From contig JAWSUI010000024.1 of the NCBI GenBank assembly GCA_033551855.1, positions 8,458-54,061 on the forward strand: DNA of 45,604 bases. Direction: 5' to 3'. Below, in pieces: positions 9,008-18,312 of the stretch. How positions within the stretch are numbered: position 1 is the first letter of the stretch; each line of letters begins with the position of its first letter. The notes under the pieces are model-generated. The model was not told the origin of the DNA. It saw only the letters and a program-made list of their open reading frames with translations, and ran no database searches. Source of the DNA: Deferrisomatales bacterium. Its GTDB lineage: Bacteria; Desulfobacterota; Deferrisomatia; Deferrisomatales; JACRMM01. Made by a program: the position numbers and the translations under genes.

Positions 9008-10225
9008 ATGAGAAGGGGCACGCTCTGGGCTGCCGCCCTGATGCTCTCCTGGGCTCTTGGGCTGGCGGGCTCTCCCGCGATTTCGGCTTCCGCCGCGAAC
9101 CGCGCGCACACCGACCCCGCCGGCACTCCGTCCGATCCTCCCGACGCTCTATTTTGGCTCACGGTCTCGGCTCGTGACGGCAATGTGCAGTCTCAGGAAA
9201 CCCTCGCGGTAAAGCACTATTTCGGAGACGGGGTGCCTCCGAACTACGCCGAGGCCGTCAGGTGGGTTCGCCTGGCGGCGGACGCAGGGGCGCCCCTCGC
9301 CAAGGCCTATTTTTCCGACGTTCCCTTGGATGGACGTGGAGTCCGGAGCACGATCGAGGTGTTGCGGTGGCTCAGACTGGGGGCCTCGAAGGGCAACCCA
9401 CACGCCCAGGAGCGTCTCGGCATCAAGCTCTACCTCGGAGACGGGGTTCGGCAAGATCCGGAGGAAGCCGCAAGAACCCTCCTGCCGGCGGCCGAGCGAG
9501 GGCTGGCCCGCGCCCAGCATTATCTGGGACGCATGTACGCTCGCGGCGAGGGAGCTCAACAAGACTCCCAGCGAGCCTTGAACTGGTTAACCAGAGCGGC
9601 CGAGCAAGACTGCACCGAAGCTCAACTCGAGCTGGGATCCATGTATGCCCAGGGGCGCGGCGAACCGGCAGGCGACGAGGAAGCGGTCCGGTGGCTGCGG
9701 CGCGCCGCGGCCCGTAACAACGATCCGGCCAAGGCCCTCTTGTGGGCCATGGCCGAGGCCGGGCGGGCTCTGCCCGAAAGCCCTCACGACGGGCGTGACT
9801 GGCTCCGAGCCGCGGCCGGGGCCGGCAATCCGGCGGCACAACGCCGGTACGGCGACCTGTGGCTGCGCAGGGAGGGACTTCCGGTCCATCTCAGCGAGTA
9901 CGGTTGCTTTCGGATGGCAGCCTTCTGGTATTGGCAGTCGGCCCGGCAGGGGGACGCAGCCGCCCAGGCAGCGTTAGCCCGGATGTATCTGAAGGGCATG
10001 GGCATGGATTCCGACCCTGGGGAAGCTCTGGTCTGGGCAAGCCTGGCCGCCGGCGGCGGCCACCTCGACGCAGACGACTTGATCAAAGCCAGCAGGGAGA
10101 ATTTGGAAGGGACCTCGGTCGAGGCGGCGCGAAAGAAGGCTGAGAAACTACGCCGGCATCTGCCGGGCACGAGCATTGTTGCGGGTACCGGGCTCCCGAA
10201 CCTCGAACCTCAGGCTAGTCCTTGA
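9008..10225 (+). CDS. Sel1-repeat (SLR) exported protein
   Basis: Repeated AQ..LG.MY..G.G...D...A..W...AA units; signal peptide from ATG 9008. Confidence 0.85.
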   Translation: MRRGTLWAAALMLSWALGLAGSPAISASAANRAHTDPAGTPSDPPDALFWLTVSARDGNVQSQETLAVKHYFGDGVPPNYAEAVRWVRLAADAGAPLAKAYFSDVPLDGRGVRSTIEVLRWLRLGASKGNPHAQERLGIKLYLGDGVRQDPEEAARTLLPAAERGLARAQHYLGRMYARGEGAQQDSQRALNWLTRAAEQDCTEAQLELGSMYAQGRGEPAGDEEAVRWLRRAAARNNDPAKALLWAMAEAGRALPESPHDGRDWLRAAAGAGNPAAQRRYGDLWLRREGLPVHLSEYGCFRMAAFWYWQSARQGDAAAQAALARMYLKGMGMDSDPGEALVWASLAAGGGHLDADDLIKASRENLEGTSVEAARKKAEKLRRHLPGTSIVAGTGLPNLEPQASP

Positions 10226-10544
10226 CATGGCACTTGTTGCACAAGGACCGCTGGTAGGGGCCGAGCTCGGCGATCAGATCCCGGCCGTAATAGCTGTGGA
10301 GCGCGTCGGTGCCCGTGGCGCCTGAATCGCCCTCCCGAGGGTGGGACTCCGCGAGGAAGGTGGCCTTGAAGTCCCACCGTCCTGCGCTCGTGAAAGCCGA
10401 GGCGTGGGCGCGGTGGCAGGTGAGGCACATCACGTTCGCCTCGGTGTCCGGGCCTTTCCTGCTCGAGGGGTCCAGGAGCGAGACGTCCGCGGTGCCGACC
10501 TCGAAGGGGACCAGCGCCAGGTAGGCGGTCTCCCGGTCGCCGGT
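10215..10544 (-). pseudogene. Orphan 3' fragment of an OmcS-family cytochrome gene (hemes 5-6)
   Basis: DRETAYLALVPFE...CLTCHRAH...CNKCHVKD; 10339-10544 matches 12331-12536 with 4 mismatches. Confidence 0.9.
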
Positions 10545-10560
10545 TCGGATCTAATCGAGG

Positions 10561-11895
10561 TCAACTTCCGGCGGGCTCCAGCGCCCACTCCCAGGCCGGG
10601 ACGACTCGGATCACCCCCGCTTGGGTCTGGACGTTTTCCCGGTCGGCGAGGGTGACGACGGTCGCCTGGCGGATCCCGGCCTCGGCCATCGCCTCGGTGA
10701 GGGCGCGGACCTCTCGCTCTCTCGTATCGGCTTGCTGCAGGCTCATGCACACCTGGATGAGCTCCAAGGCGCCACCGGGGAGCACCGGGTCCACGGCGAA
10801 GTCAACCTCTCGGCCCGAAGCAGACCGGTAGTACGATAGGGCTCTCTCGGCGAGACGCCCCAGGCGTCGCCTGAGCTCCAGATACACGAAGTTCTCCAGC
10901 AGCGCACCAACGTCGCGGGCTCCGGCTGCTCGCATGGCCGCGGCCAAGCCGGTGTCCACCGAGTACACTTTCCGGGGATTGACGATCCTCTGCTTCGCCG
11001 ATCGGCTGCGGATCGGGATCAGGAACACGAGGTAGGCGTCACTGAGGTGGTCCAGGTAGGAGAGGAGGGTGGGCTTGCCGACCTTGACCCCCTGGGAGAC
11101 GAGCGTCCCATGGAGCCTACTGACGCTGAAGGCCCCCGCGTTCGCGGCGAATAGCCCTCGCACGAGGTGCCGAAGCGCCGGTAGGTTTGCGACGCCGTGC
11201 CGCTCGGCCACGTCCTTGAGCAGGACCAGCTCGACGTAGTCCTGCAGAACCTGCACGCGATCGAACCCGTGGAGGTGCTGAACTTCCGGGAATCCCCCTC
11301 TTTCCAGATACTCGTCGGCAAGGGCCTCCAGGCGCGATCGGGTCGGGGCGCCGGGCGGCCACTGCGAGCCCATGTCCACGCCGTGCGCGCGGGTGGCCTC
11401 CCGCAAGCCGAAAGGGAGCACCTCCACGGCGAGCCCTCTGCCGCGAAAGCTCGTCGCCACCTCGGTGCTGAGAAGCTTGGCCGAGGAGCCTGTCGCGTAC
11501 ACCTGTGCCTCCTCGGTGTCGATGACCCGCCGGAGGAAGCGCTCCCAGCCGGGCACGGCCTGAATCTCATCAAAGAAGAGATAAGAAGAGCCTGTCCTCG
11601 CTTCAGGGTTGCGACGGTAGAAGAGCTCCAGCGCCCTCCCGAGGGTTTCGATGCTCGGGTCCCCGAGGCGCTCGTCTTCGAGGTTGAGGTAGAAGAAACG
11701 TCGCTTGGCGACGCCCGAGTGCAGCAGGCGGCGCATGAGATCATAGAGCGCATAGGTCTTCCCCGAGCGCCGCATGCCGATGAGAGTGACGGCCTTGCGC
11801 GGGACCGCCGGGATGTGAAGATCCCGAGGCACGAGCTCGGGAAGCGGCCGCTCCTGGAAATCGGACAGCAGAAAGTCCAACACGTCGTCCGTCAT
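10561..11895 (-). CDS. AAA_14 / DUF4143 ATP-binding protein
   Basis: Walker A GMRRSGKT, Walker B LFFDEIQ, TGSS, GGFPE, KVYSVDTGL, LLEN, C-terminal REVDF..IQVC. Confidence 0.9.
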   Translation of the reverse strand: MTDDVLDFLLSDFQERPLPELVPRDLHIPAVPRKAVTLIGMRRSGKTYALYDLMRRLLHSGVAKRRFFYLNLEDERLGDPSIETLGRALELFYRRNPEARTGSSYLFFDEIQAVPGWERFLRRVIDTEEAQVYATGSSAKLLSTEVATSFRGRGLAVEVLPFGLREATRAHGVDMGSQWPPGAPTRSRLEALADEYLERGGFPEVQHLHGFDRVQVLQDYVELVLLKDVAERHGVANLPALRHLVRGLFAANAGAFSVSRLHGTLVSQGVKVGKPTLLSYLDHLSDAYLVFLIPIRSRSAKQRIVNPRKVYSVDTGLAAAMRAAGARDVGALLENFVYLELRRRLGRLAERALSYYRSASGREVDFAVDPVLPGGALELIQVCMSLQQADTREREVRALTEAMAEAGIRQATVVTLADRENVQTQAGVIRVVPAWEWALEPAGS

Positions 11896-11945
11896 GGCGG
11901 CCACTTTCGGGGGGGTTCGCGAAGACAAGCCTCCATGTTGGCGAT

Positions 11946-11971
11946 ATTTGGTACTCTATGCAATACCAAAT
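11946..11971. promoter_or_regulatory. Inverted repeat ATTTGGTA-N10-TACCAAAT upstream of the ATPase
   Basis: Perfect 8-bp arms in an AT-rich patch 50 bp upstream of the start. Confidence 0.45.
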
Positions 11972-12215
11972 TACGAATCGTTTGGTTTCGTCGGAAGACG
12001 TTGCACCGCTGCGCCGTTGCGCGAGGCCCCCGCAACTTTCCCGCCCGGCTTCATCATGTCCACGCAGATCGCCAGCCCACGGCGGAGTCCGACCGCGCCT
12101 CGGTCACCGTGTTGGCCCACACCACAAACGTTCGCGGGGAGGTCGGTGTCGCTGCTCGATTCCTACGTTCCAGCCGCTCAGCCGCTTAGCAGCCTAGCCG
12201 CTCCGCCGCTCAGCG

Positions 12216-13343
12216 CTAATCCTTCACGTGGCACTTGTTGCAGAGAGATCTCTGGTAGGGGCCGAGCTCCGCGACCAGGTCCCGGCCGTAGTAGCTGTGG
12301 AGGGAGTCGCTTCCGCCTTCGTCGGGCCCGGGGTGGGACTCCGCGAGGAAGGCGGCCTTGAAGTCCCACCGTCCTGCGCTCGTGAAAGCCGAGGCGTGGG
12401 CGCGGTGACAGGTGAGGCACATCACGTTCGCCTCGGTGTCCGGGCCTCTCCTGCTCGAAGGGTCCAGGAGCGAGACGTCCGCGGTGCCGACCTCGAAGGG
12501 GACCAGCGCCAGGTAGGCGGTCTCCCGGTCGCCGGTCAGGTCCGCGGTCCGGACGTAACTGTTGTAGTTGGCCGCGATCGCCGCGCTCAGCCTGGCGCCG
12601 CTCCCGGCCGGGTGTTTCTTCCCCGTCTGCGCCGCATCCAACAGCGCCCCGTGGCAGTTGGCGCACCACTCCGACATCCCGGAGCCGTAGGCGACGTGGT
12701 TTGCGTCCGTCTCTCTCCAGTCCGCCGACGCTCTGGCGACCGGCGCTTCCTGGGCGAACACCACTCCGGATCCGTCGGCGTACCCGGCCCCGCCCAGCAG
12801 GCGGTAGCTTCCTGCACTCGTCCCCTCCGGTGCGCTCTCGCCGTAAGACCCGGAGACCGCGATCGCGCCGCCCTCACTCCCGGAGGTCTTCCCGTGGGGG
12901 TCGTGGCAGCTAATGCAGGACAGGGAGCCCGAGGGGTACTCGCCCCCGGGTGCGGCAGTGAGGGTCCCGTCGGGGCTCATCCCGAATTCGCTCGCCACCA
13001 CGTTGTGACCGTGCCGCTCCCCGGGGCTGACCCCCTCTCCCCGGCTGGACGACCAGGCATAGGTCTTCTTCAGCCAGTAGAAGTCGCCGCCGGGGGTGTA
13101 TCTGTCGCCGGTGGAGCTCAGAACGGCCGCCGACCCCGCGGCGTCTCCGTGGCAGCGAAGGCAGGTGGAGCTCGGGTCTGCCCCCTGGAGGAGGCTCGCC
13201 GAGCCGCCTCCTCCCTCGCCGTGGAGGGCGTGGCACCCCTCGCAGTACCCGACTCCCCCCTCGTGGAAGGCGTGCGAAAAGTAGGGGAATGCGGCGACGG
13301 CGAAAGACACCGCCGCGGCGAGAACAAGCCTGAATCCCTTCAT
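12216..13343 (-). CDS. OmcS-family hexaheme cytochrome (short paralog), 375 aa
   Basis: Signal peptide then FHEGGVGYCEGCHALH; TPGGDF.W, GHNVVA, CHDPH, GMSEWCANCH, CHRAHAS, QRSLCNKCH; 6 CxxCH. Confidence 0.9.
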   Translation of the reverse strand: MKGFRLVLAAAVSFAVAAFPYFSHAFHEGGVGYCEGCHALHGEGGGGSASLLQGADPSSTCLRCHGDAAGSAAVLSSTGDRYTPGGDFYWLKKTYAWSSSRGEGVSPGERHGHNVVASEFGMSPDGTLTAAPGGEYPSGSLSCISCHDPHGKTSGSEGGAIAVSGSYGESAPEGTSAGSYRLLGGAGYADGSGVVFAQEAPVARASADWRETDANHVAYGSGMSEWCANCHGALLDAAQTGKKHPAGSGARLSAAIAANYNSYVRTADLTGDRETAYLALVPFEVGTADVSLLDPSSRRGPDTEANVMCLTCHRAHASAFTSAGRWDFKAAFLAESHPGPDEGGSDSLHSYYGRDLVAELGPYQRSLCNKCHVKD

Positions 13344-13555
13344 CTCGTTCCTCGCGGAGAGCTCGTTTGTAACGGCGCGCGCGGCTCGATCCGTCAGGCG
13401 CGCCGGGCGGGACAGGCCTTTCTATCGGTAGGAAGTAGCAGGACTTGAGGACATAGCGGCGCCTCCGGCTCGTCGGGGACCCGGAGATCACACAGGGAGC
13501 CGGGGGACAAGGAGGCTGGGGGGCTTACCGGCGGATGAGCGGGGAGACGCTCGGG

Positions 13556-14698
13556 TCAGTCCAGGGCGTGGCACTTGTTGCAGAGGGACCTCTGGTCGGG
13601 TCCGAATTCGGCGGCGACGTCCCGGCCGTAGTAGCTGGCGCGCGCCTCGCCGGGACGCACGCCGACGTCCCCCTCCGCCGGGTGGGATGCCGCCAGGAAC
13701 GTGGCCGAGAAGTCCCACCGGCCGATGTCCTCGAAGGCGGAGGCGTGGGCGCGGTGGCACGTGAGGCACATCACGTTCGAGCGGCCGCCTTCCGGCCCGG
13801 CCGTGCTCGAGGGGTCGAGTGCGGCAGTGTCCGAAGTGCCGGCCTCGAAGGGAACCAGGGCCAGGTAGGCGGAGGACCGGTCGCCGGAGTGGTCGCCTGT
13901 CTTCACGTAGCGGTTGTACCGCGCCGCCATCTCGCTATCCAAGGTCGCGAAGCGACCGGTCGAGTGCATCCCCCCGGCCAGCATCAAGGGGTGGCAGTTG
14001 GCGCACCACTCGGACATCCCCGACCCGTAGGCCGTGTGGTTAGAATCCGTCTCCCGCCAGTCCGGAGAGCTCGCCCGGGCCACCGGGGCCGCCTCTCGAA
14101 ACGGCTCGGACCCCGATCTCGCGTAGCCCACTCCGCCCAGCAGCCGAAAACCCGCGGCGGGCGCCTCCTCCTGGCCGAGCTCGGCTGGACGGCCCTCGGC
14201 ACCGGTGGTAACCGCGTGGGGGTCGTGGCAGCTCGTACACGAGAGGGACGCCGCCGGGTAGCTCCCTCCCGGCGCCTCCGCCAGCACGCCGTCCTCGCCG
14301 AGCCCGAATTCGGCCGCCACCACGTTGTGTCCCCGGTTCCTGCCCGGGCTCTGGTGCTCGCGGCCCATCACGGTCCAGGAGTAGGATCGGGTGAGCCAGT
14401 AGAAATCCCCGCCTGGAGTGAACGAAGAACCGTCCGCGCTGAGCACGTTGGAGGCGCTGCCTGACCGGGCGTGGCACCGAAGGCAGGTGGAGCTCGGGTC
14501 CGACCCCAGGAGGATCGCGGTACGGGTGCCGCCGGGCTCCAGCGTGGTGACCGTGCCCTCCGGGTCGAGCCGGTTCATCCGGTGGCACTCCTTGCACGCC
14601 CCCACGCCCCCGTCGTGAAAGGCCCGGGTGGGCGATCCAGAAAAGGCCAGGAACAGCGCTAGTGCCATTGCCAGGCGACGGAGCTGAAAACCGCTCAT
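13556..14698 (-). CDS. OmcS-family hexaheme cytochrome (short paralog, His16-equivalent replaced by Asn), 380 aa
   Basis: FHDGGVGACKECHRMN; same OmcS motifs; 6 CxxCH; GGAGG RBS before ATG 14698. Confidence 0.9.
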   Translation of the reverse strand: MSGFQLRRLAMALALFLAFSGSPTRAFHDGGVGACKECHRMNRLDPEGTVTTLEPGGTRTAILLGSDPSSTCLRCHARSGSASNVLSADGSSFTPGGDFYWLTRSYSWTVMGREHQSPGRNRGHNVVAAEFGLGEDGVLAEAPGGSYPAASLSCTSCHDPHAVTTGAEGRPAELGQEEAPAAGFRLLGGVGYARSGSEPFREAAPVARASSPDWRETDSNHTAYGSGMSEWCANCHPLMLAGGMHSTGRFATLDSEMAARYNRYVKTGDHSGDRSSAYLALVPFEAGTSDTAALDPSSTAGPEGGRSNVMCLTCHRAHASAFEDIGRWDFSATFLAASHPAEGDVGVRPGEARASYYGRDVAAEFGPDQRSLCNKCHALD

Positions 14699-14910
14699 GT
14701 CGTCCTCCCGATTGACGCGGTCGAACCCGCCGGCGCTTACCCGGCCGCACCCTGCTGTCAAGCGTGGCTCGACTACTGTTTCCCCGACTCTTCCCTCTCG
14801 TCGCCTCGACCGGAAGACCTGGAACCGCCGAGTCCCCAGATCATCGGCTGCTCAGCCATCCCTGCGCCATGCCGTCCATGCTGCCCCGAAGCTCCCCCGC
14901 CGCCGGTCCC

Positions 14911-15282
14911 CTACCCGGCAGACGGGCCCGTTTCGGCGCCCCGCTCGATCTCGGACTTGAGCAGCGCCACCTCCTGCGCGAGCCGGTTGCTCCTCTCCGT
15001 GAGCTGGGAGATGAACCCGTCGCCGTCGAACGGAACGGCAACCTCGTAACCGTGCCGGCTCGCGTACAGATAGCCCGCCTGCATGGTCGCGCCAATCCCG
15101 AGGTTGTAACGCATGCTCAGGACCCTCGCCCCCCGGCCGCCGGCCAGCCAGGCAGTGCCGTCGGAATAGCCGTCGTCGATCACGACGACATCCGCGTCGG
15201 GAGCGTGCTCCCGAAGATCGTCGAGAACCCGCCCGATGTTCTGCTCCTCGTTGTATGCGGGGATGATGACGAGGACGTTCAT
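14911..15282 (-). pseudogene. Truncated DPM1-like GT2 fused in frame to a DUF2304-like C-terminus
   Basis: IPAYNE..DDG..NLGIG..FDGDG then abruptly ISQLTERSNRLAQEVALLK. Confidence 0.7.
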
Positions 15283-15321
15283 GTCAGGTTCTTGCCTTCA
15301 TGGGGACCCGTTTCGTCTACC

Positions 15322-15349
15322 GTAGGGGCGACGCATGCGTCTGCCCTAC
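15322..15349. repeat. Solitary REP overlapping a stop codon
   Basis: GTAGGGGCGACGCATGCGTCTGCCCTAC. Confidence 0.85.
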
Positions 15350-16383
15350 CCCGGGTCGTCCAGCAACTCACGAAAAGAGAGCTGGTAGCTCTCCAACAGC
15401 CGCCCCATCTCGGAGTCCGAGATCTGCCGGCCCCTCATGATCTGCCGGCGCTTCCGAAGCATCCTCGGCAAGCCGGCGATCGCGTCGATCGTTCCCTTCC
15501 CGATCGCCCGGATCGCCGCTCCGCGAGAACCGCTCGCCAGAAACTCTCCCCCTGTCCCCCGAGAAGCAACGACGGATCTCGCCTGCTCCAGATAGCGGAC
15601 CAAGGTGAAAAAAGGAACGGCCAGAAGCGTCCCGAGAGGCAGATTCTTGACCCCCACCCAGTAATGGTTACGCTCGACCAGGTATAGCTTGAACGGTGAA
15701 AGGCTTCCGCAGGTCTGCGAGTACCTGTGGCGGACGACCGCCTTCGTGGCTGCCACTGCCTCCCATCCGGCCAGCCTTCCCCTCAGCCCCAGATCGACGT
15801 CCTCGGCATAGGCGAAGAAATCGTCGTCGAAAAAACCCGTCTCTGCGATCATCGCCCTCTTGTACAGCGCTGCGCAGGCGCTCGGGAAGAGGATCTCCTC
15901 CACTTCCCGCATCGCGAGGCCAGACCAAAGCCGGTTGCGAAACCGCCCACGCGACATGCCGTCACGGCAGATTCCCATCCCGATCGAGTCGATGACGTCG
16001 GGGTCGGAGAACGAACAGACCCTGCTTGCCACCATGCCGGCACGCGGGCGGGCGTCGGCCACCTTGACGAGGGTGTCCAACCAGTCCGGCTCGACCCGTG
16101 TATCGTTGTTCAGGGTGACGATGTAGTCGCCGCGGGCTTTCGCAAACCCCCGGTTGTTGCCCGTCGCGAAACCCGTGTTCGCTGCTAGCGCGACGACGCG
16201 CACCCAAGGGTAGTCGCTTCGAAGGAGCTCAAGCGAACCGTCTCGGGAGCCGTTATCCACCAGGACGACCTCGAATTCGCAGAGCGTCTGGGCGACCAGG
16301 GCGTCGAGGCAGGTCGGCAGATGCGCGACGCCATTCCAATTGAGGATGACCACCGACACCCGAGGAGAGTCGTGACCGATCAT
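15346..16383 (-). CDS. Glycosyltransferase family 2 (WbbL-like)
   Basis: VVILNWNG, VDNGS, NTGFA.GNN, LNND, YAEDVDL. Confidence 0.9.
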   Translation of the reverse strand: MIGHDSPRVSVVILNWNGVAHLPTCLDALVAQTLCEFEVVLVDNGSRDGSLELLRSDYPWVRVVALAANTGFATGNNRGFAKARGDYIVTLNNDTRVEPDWLDTLVKVADARPRAGMVASRVCSFSDPDVIDSIGMGICRDGMSRGRFRNRLWSGLAMREVEEILFPSACAALYKRAMIAETGFFDDDFFAYAEDVDLGLRGRLAGWEAVAATKAVVRHRYSQTCGSLSPFKLYLVERNHYWVGVKNLPLGTLLAVPFFTLVRYLEQARSVVASRGTGGEFLASGSRGAAIRAIGKGTIDAIAGLPRMLRKRRQIMRGRQISDSEMGRLLESYQLSFRELLDDPG

Positions 16384-17561
16384 GTGTTCTGCCGTCTCCC
16401 CACCGCCACCTCTGCCAGACTCTGTTCCAGCTTCTCGATTACTCCGGCCACACCATAGTTCTTCCGCACGAATTCGGCGCCGTTCGCCGCCAGGGTCCGG
16501 GCGTACTCCGGCTCTTGCAACAGCTTGACCACATGACCGGCAAAACCCGCAGGGTCGTCCGCCACGAGCAGATCGCGGCCGGCCCGGGCGGCGACCCCCT
16601 CGTTGCCGAACGTCGTGGTCACGACCGGGGTGCCAGCCGCAAGAGCGTCGAGGATCTTGACGATGATTCCGCCTCCGGTCAGGATCGGCGCCGCGAATAC
16701 CTCGGCCTCCTTGTAACAGCGGTCCAGATCGTCGACGAAGCCGGTCACCTTTACCTGGGGGTCGCTCTCAGCAAGAGAGGTCAGCTCCTGCGGCGGGCCG
16801 TTGCCGGCGATGATGAAGCGGGCGTTCGAAACTTCGCGGCGGACCAAAGGAAAGACCTCTCGGTAGAACCAGAGCGCGGCATCGACGTTCACCTGCCGGT
16901 GCCGGTAGGCCGCAAAAAAGAGAATCGAGCCCTTCTTCGCCGGGTAGCGTTGCTCGGATATGTCCAGCCCGGCGGGGATCGGCACTGTTCTTACCCTGTC
17001 CCCAAGCTCCGGGGCCATCTGCAGCAGGTAGCGCCGGTCGAACTCCGACACGGTGAAAACCGCGGCGAAACGGCGCATGATGCGGCGTTCTGCCGCCTTG
17101 GTGAGTAGGTACAAGAGCCCGGCCGAAAGCCGGTTCACCCCCCTCCCCTGCCGCATCCGCCTCTCGGCGGGCTTGGTGATGACGTCGTGGGCATCCAGCA
17201 CGATGGGCGTCCGCCCCCTGCGGATGAGCAGAGCCGTTTCCACCCATTCCACCTGGACGACGTCGTAGTCTCCCGAGCGGATCACACGATCGGCAAACCG
17301 GCTGAAGCCGAGGTAGTTGCCGATCAGCCGAACGTAGTCCAGCACCCCCCGCTGAGCCGCGCTTCGATACACATATGGATGAATCGACGCACAGAGGGTC
17401 TGGAGCGAATCCAGGAGCGGCATGTCCGCCTGCTCCAACCGGGTGGCCAGGTGGACCTCGTGCCGCTGCGACAGGTTGCGCAGCAGCTCGTAGACATACC
17501 TCCCCCCCGCGTGTCGGGACTTCAGTTGGGGAAGAAACAGGCTGACGAACAGGATCTTCAC
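16380..17561 (-). CDS. Glycosyltransferase family 4
   Basis: GT-B features: TGFVDD, GGGIIVKILDALAAGTPVVTT..G.EG. Confidence 0.88.
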   Translation of the reverse strand: MKILFVSLFLPQLKSRHAGGRYVYELLRNLSQRHEVHLATRLEQADMPLLDSLQTLCASIHPYVYRSAAQRGVLDYVRLIGNYLGFSRFADRVIRSGDYDVVQVEWVETALLIRRGRTPIVLDAHDVITKPAERRMRQGRGVNRLSAGLLYLLTKAAERRIMRRFAAVFTVSEFDRRYLLQMAPELGDRVRTVPIPAGLDISEQRYPAKKGSILFFAAYRHRQVNVDAALWFYREVFPLVRREVSNARFIIAGNGPPQELTSLAESDPQVKVTGFVDDLDRCYKEAEVFAAPILTGGGIIVKILDALAAGTPVVTTTFGNEGVAARAGRDLLVADDPAGFAGHVVKLLQEPEYARTLAANGAEFVRKNYGVAGVIEKLEQSLAEVAVGRRQNT

Positions 17562-17575
17562 CGAGGGGCCTCGTT

Positions 17576-18312
17576 TCAGCCGCCGTGCTTCCGCGCAGGC
17601 GCTCCGGCACCGAGCCTCCCCTCGGGCAGAAACAGGAAGTTGTTGACGTACGCCGGATTGTGGACATCCTCCAGGAACGGGTGCTGATTGGCCTCGAAGG
17701 AGAATGCCGAGAGCGGCCGCACTTTCCCCCGGGAGAAGAAGAAACCTGCGTATCCCTGCCCGAGGACGTGTTCGAAGACCTCGGTGATCGGAATGGCTAG
17801 GTGCCCCTGCTCGATCTCCACCAGGCTGACCGGCCGCTCCCGGTGTAGGGTCTCCGTGGCCCCCCGCAGGACCTCCAACTCGTGTCCTTCGACGTCGATC
17901 TTCACCAAACAGATGTCCTCGAAAGAGTACTCGTCCAGTGTCCGTACGGGCACCATGCAGGCTTCGTGGGGGCCCGCCACCGGTGCAAAAGAAGAAGAAG
18001 GAGTGTGTGCCGCCCCCTTCACGACGGGGGTGAATAACCGCAGCGTTCCCGGCACAGACGACAGCGCAACATTGTGCACCCGAATTCTAGGGGAACGGTA
18101 AGCGCTGATGGTGCGCGCACATCCGGGAAGGGGCTCGAATGCTTCAACGCTCTTCCCCATCCTGGCCAGATAATAACTGTAAATGCCATAGTTGGCTCCA
18201 ATGTCGACCACTCGCGGCTTGCTGCCGATCCAACGGTCTAGCATCAGCATTTCGGGCTCGAGATTGCCGGTCAGCCGCTCATAGAAGAAACGCAGCGGCC
18301 GGGTAACTCCAG
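17576..18312 (-). pseudogene. FkbM-family methyltransferase, 5' end lost at the IS boundary
   Basis: VDIGANYG, AFEP, VKIDVEGHELEVLRGA; no native start before the IS end (an internal Met could be used). Confidence 0.8.
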
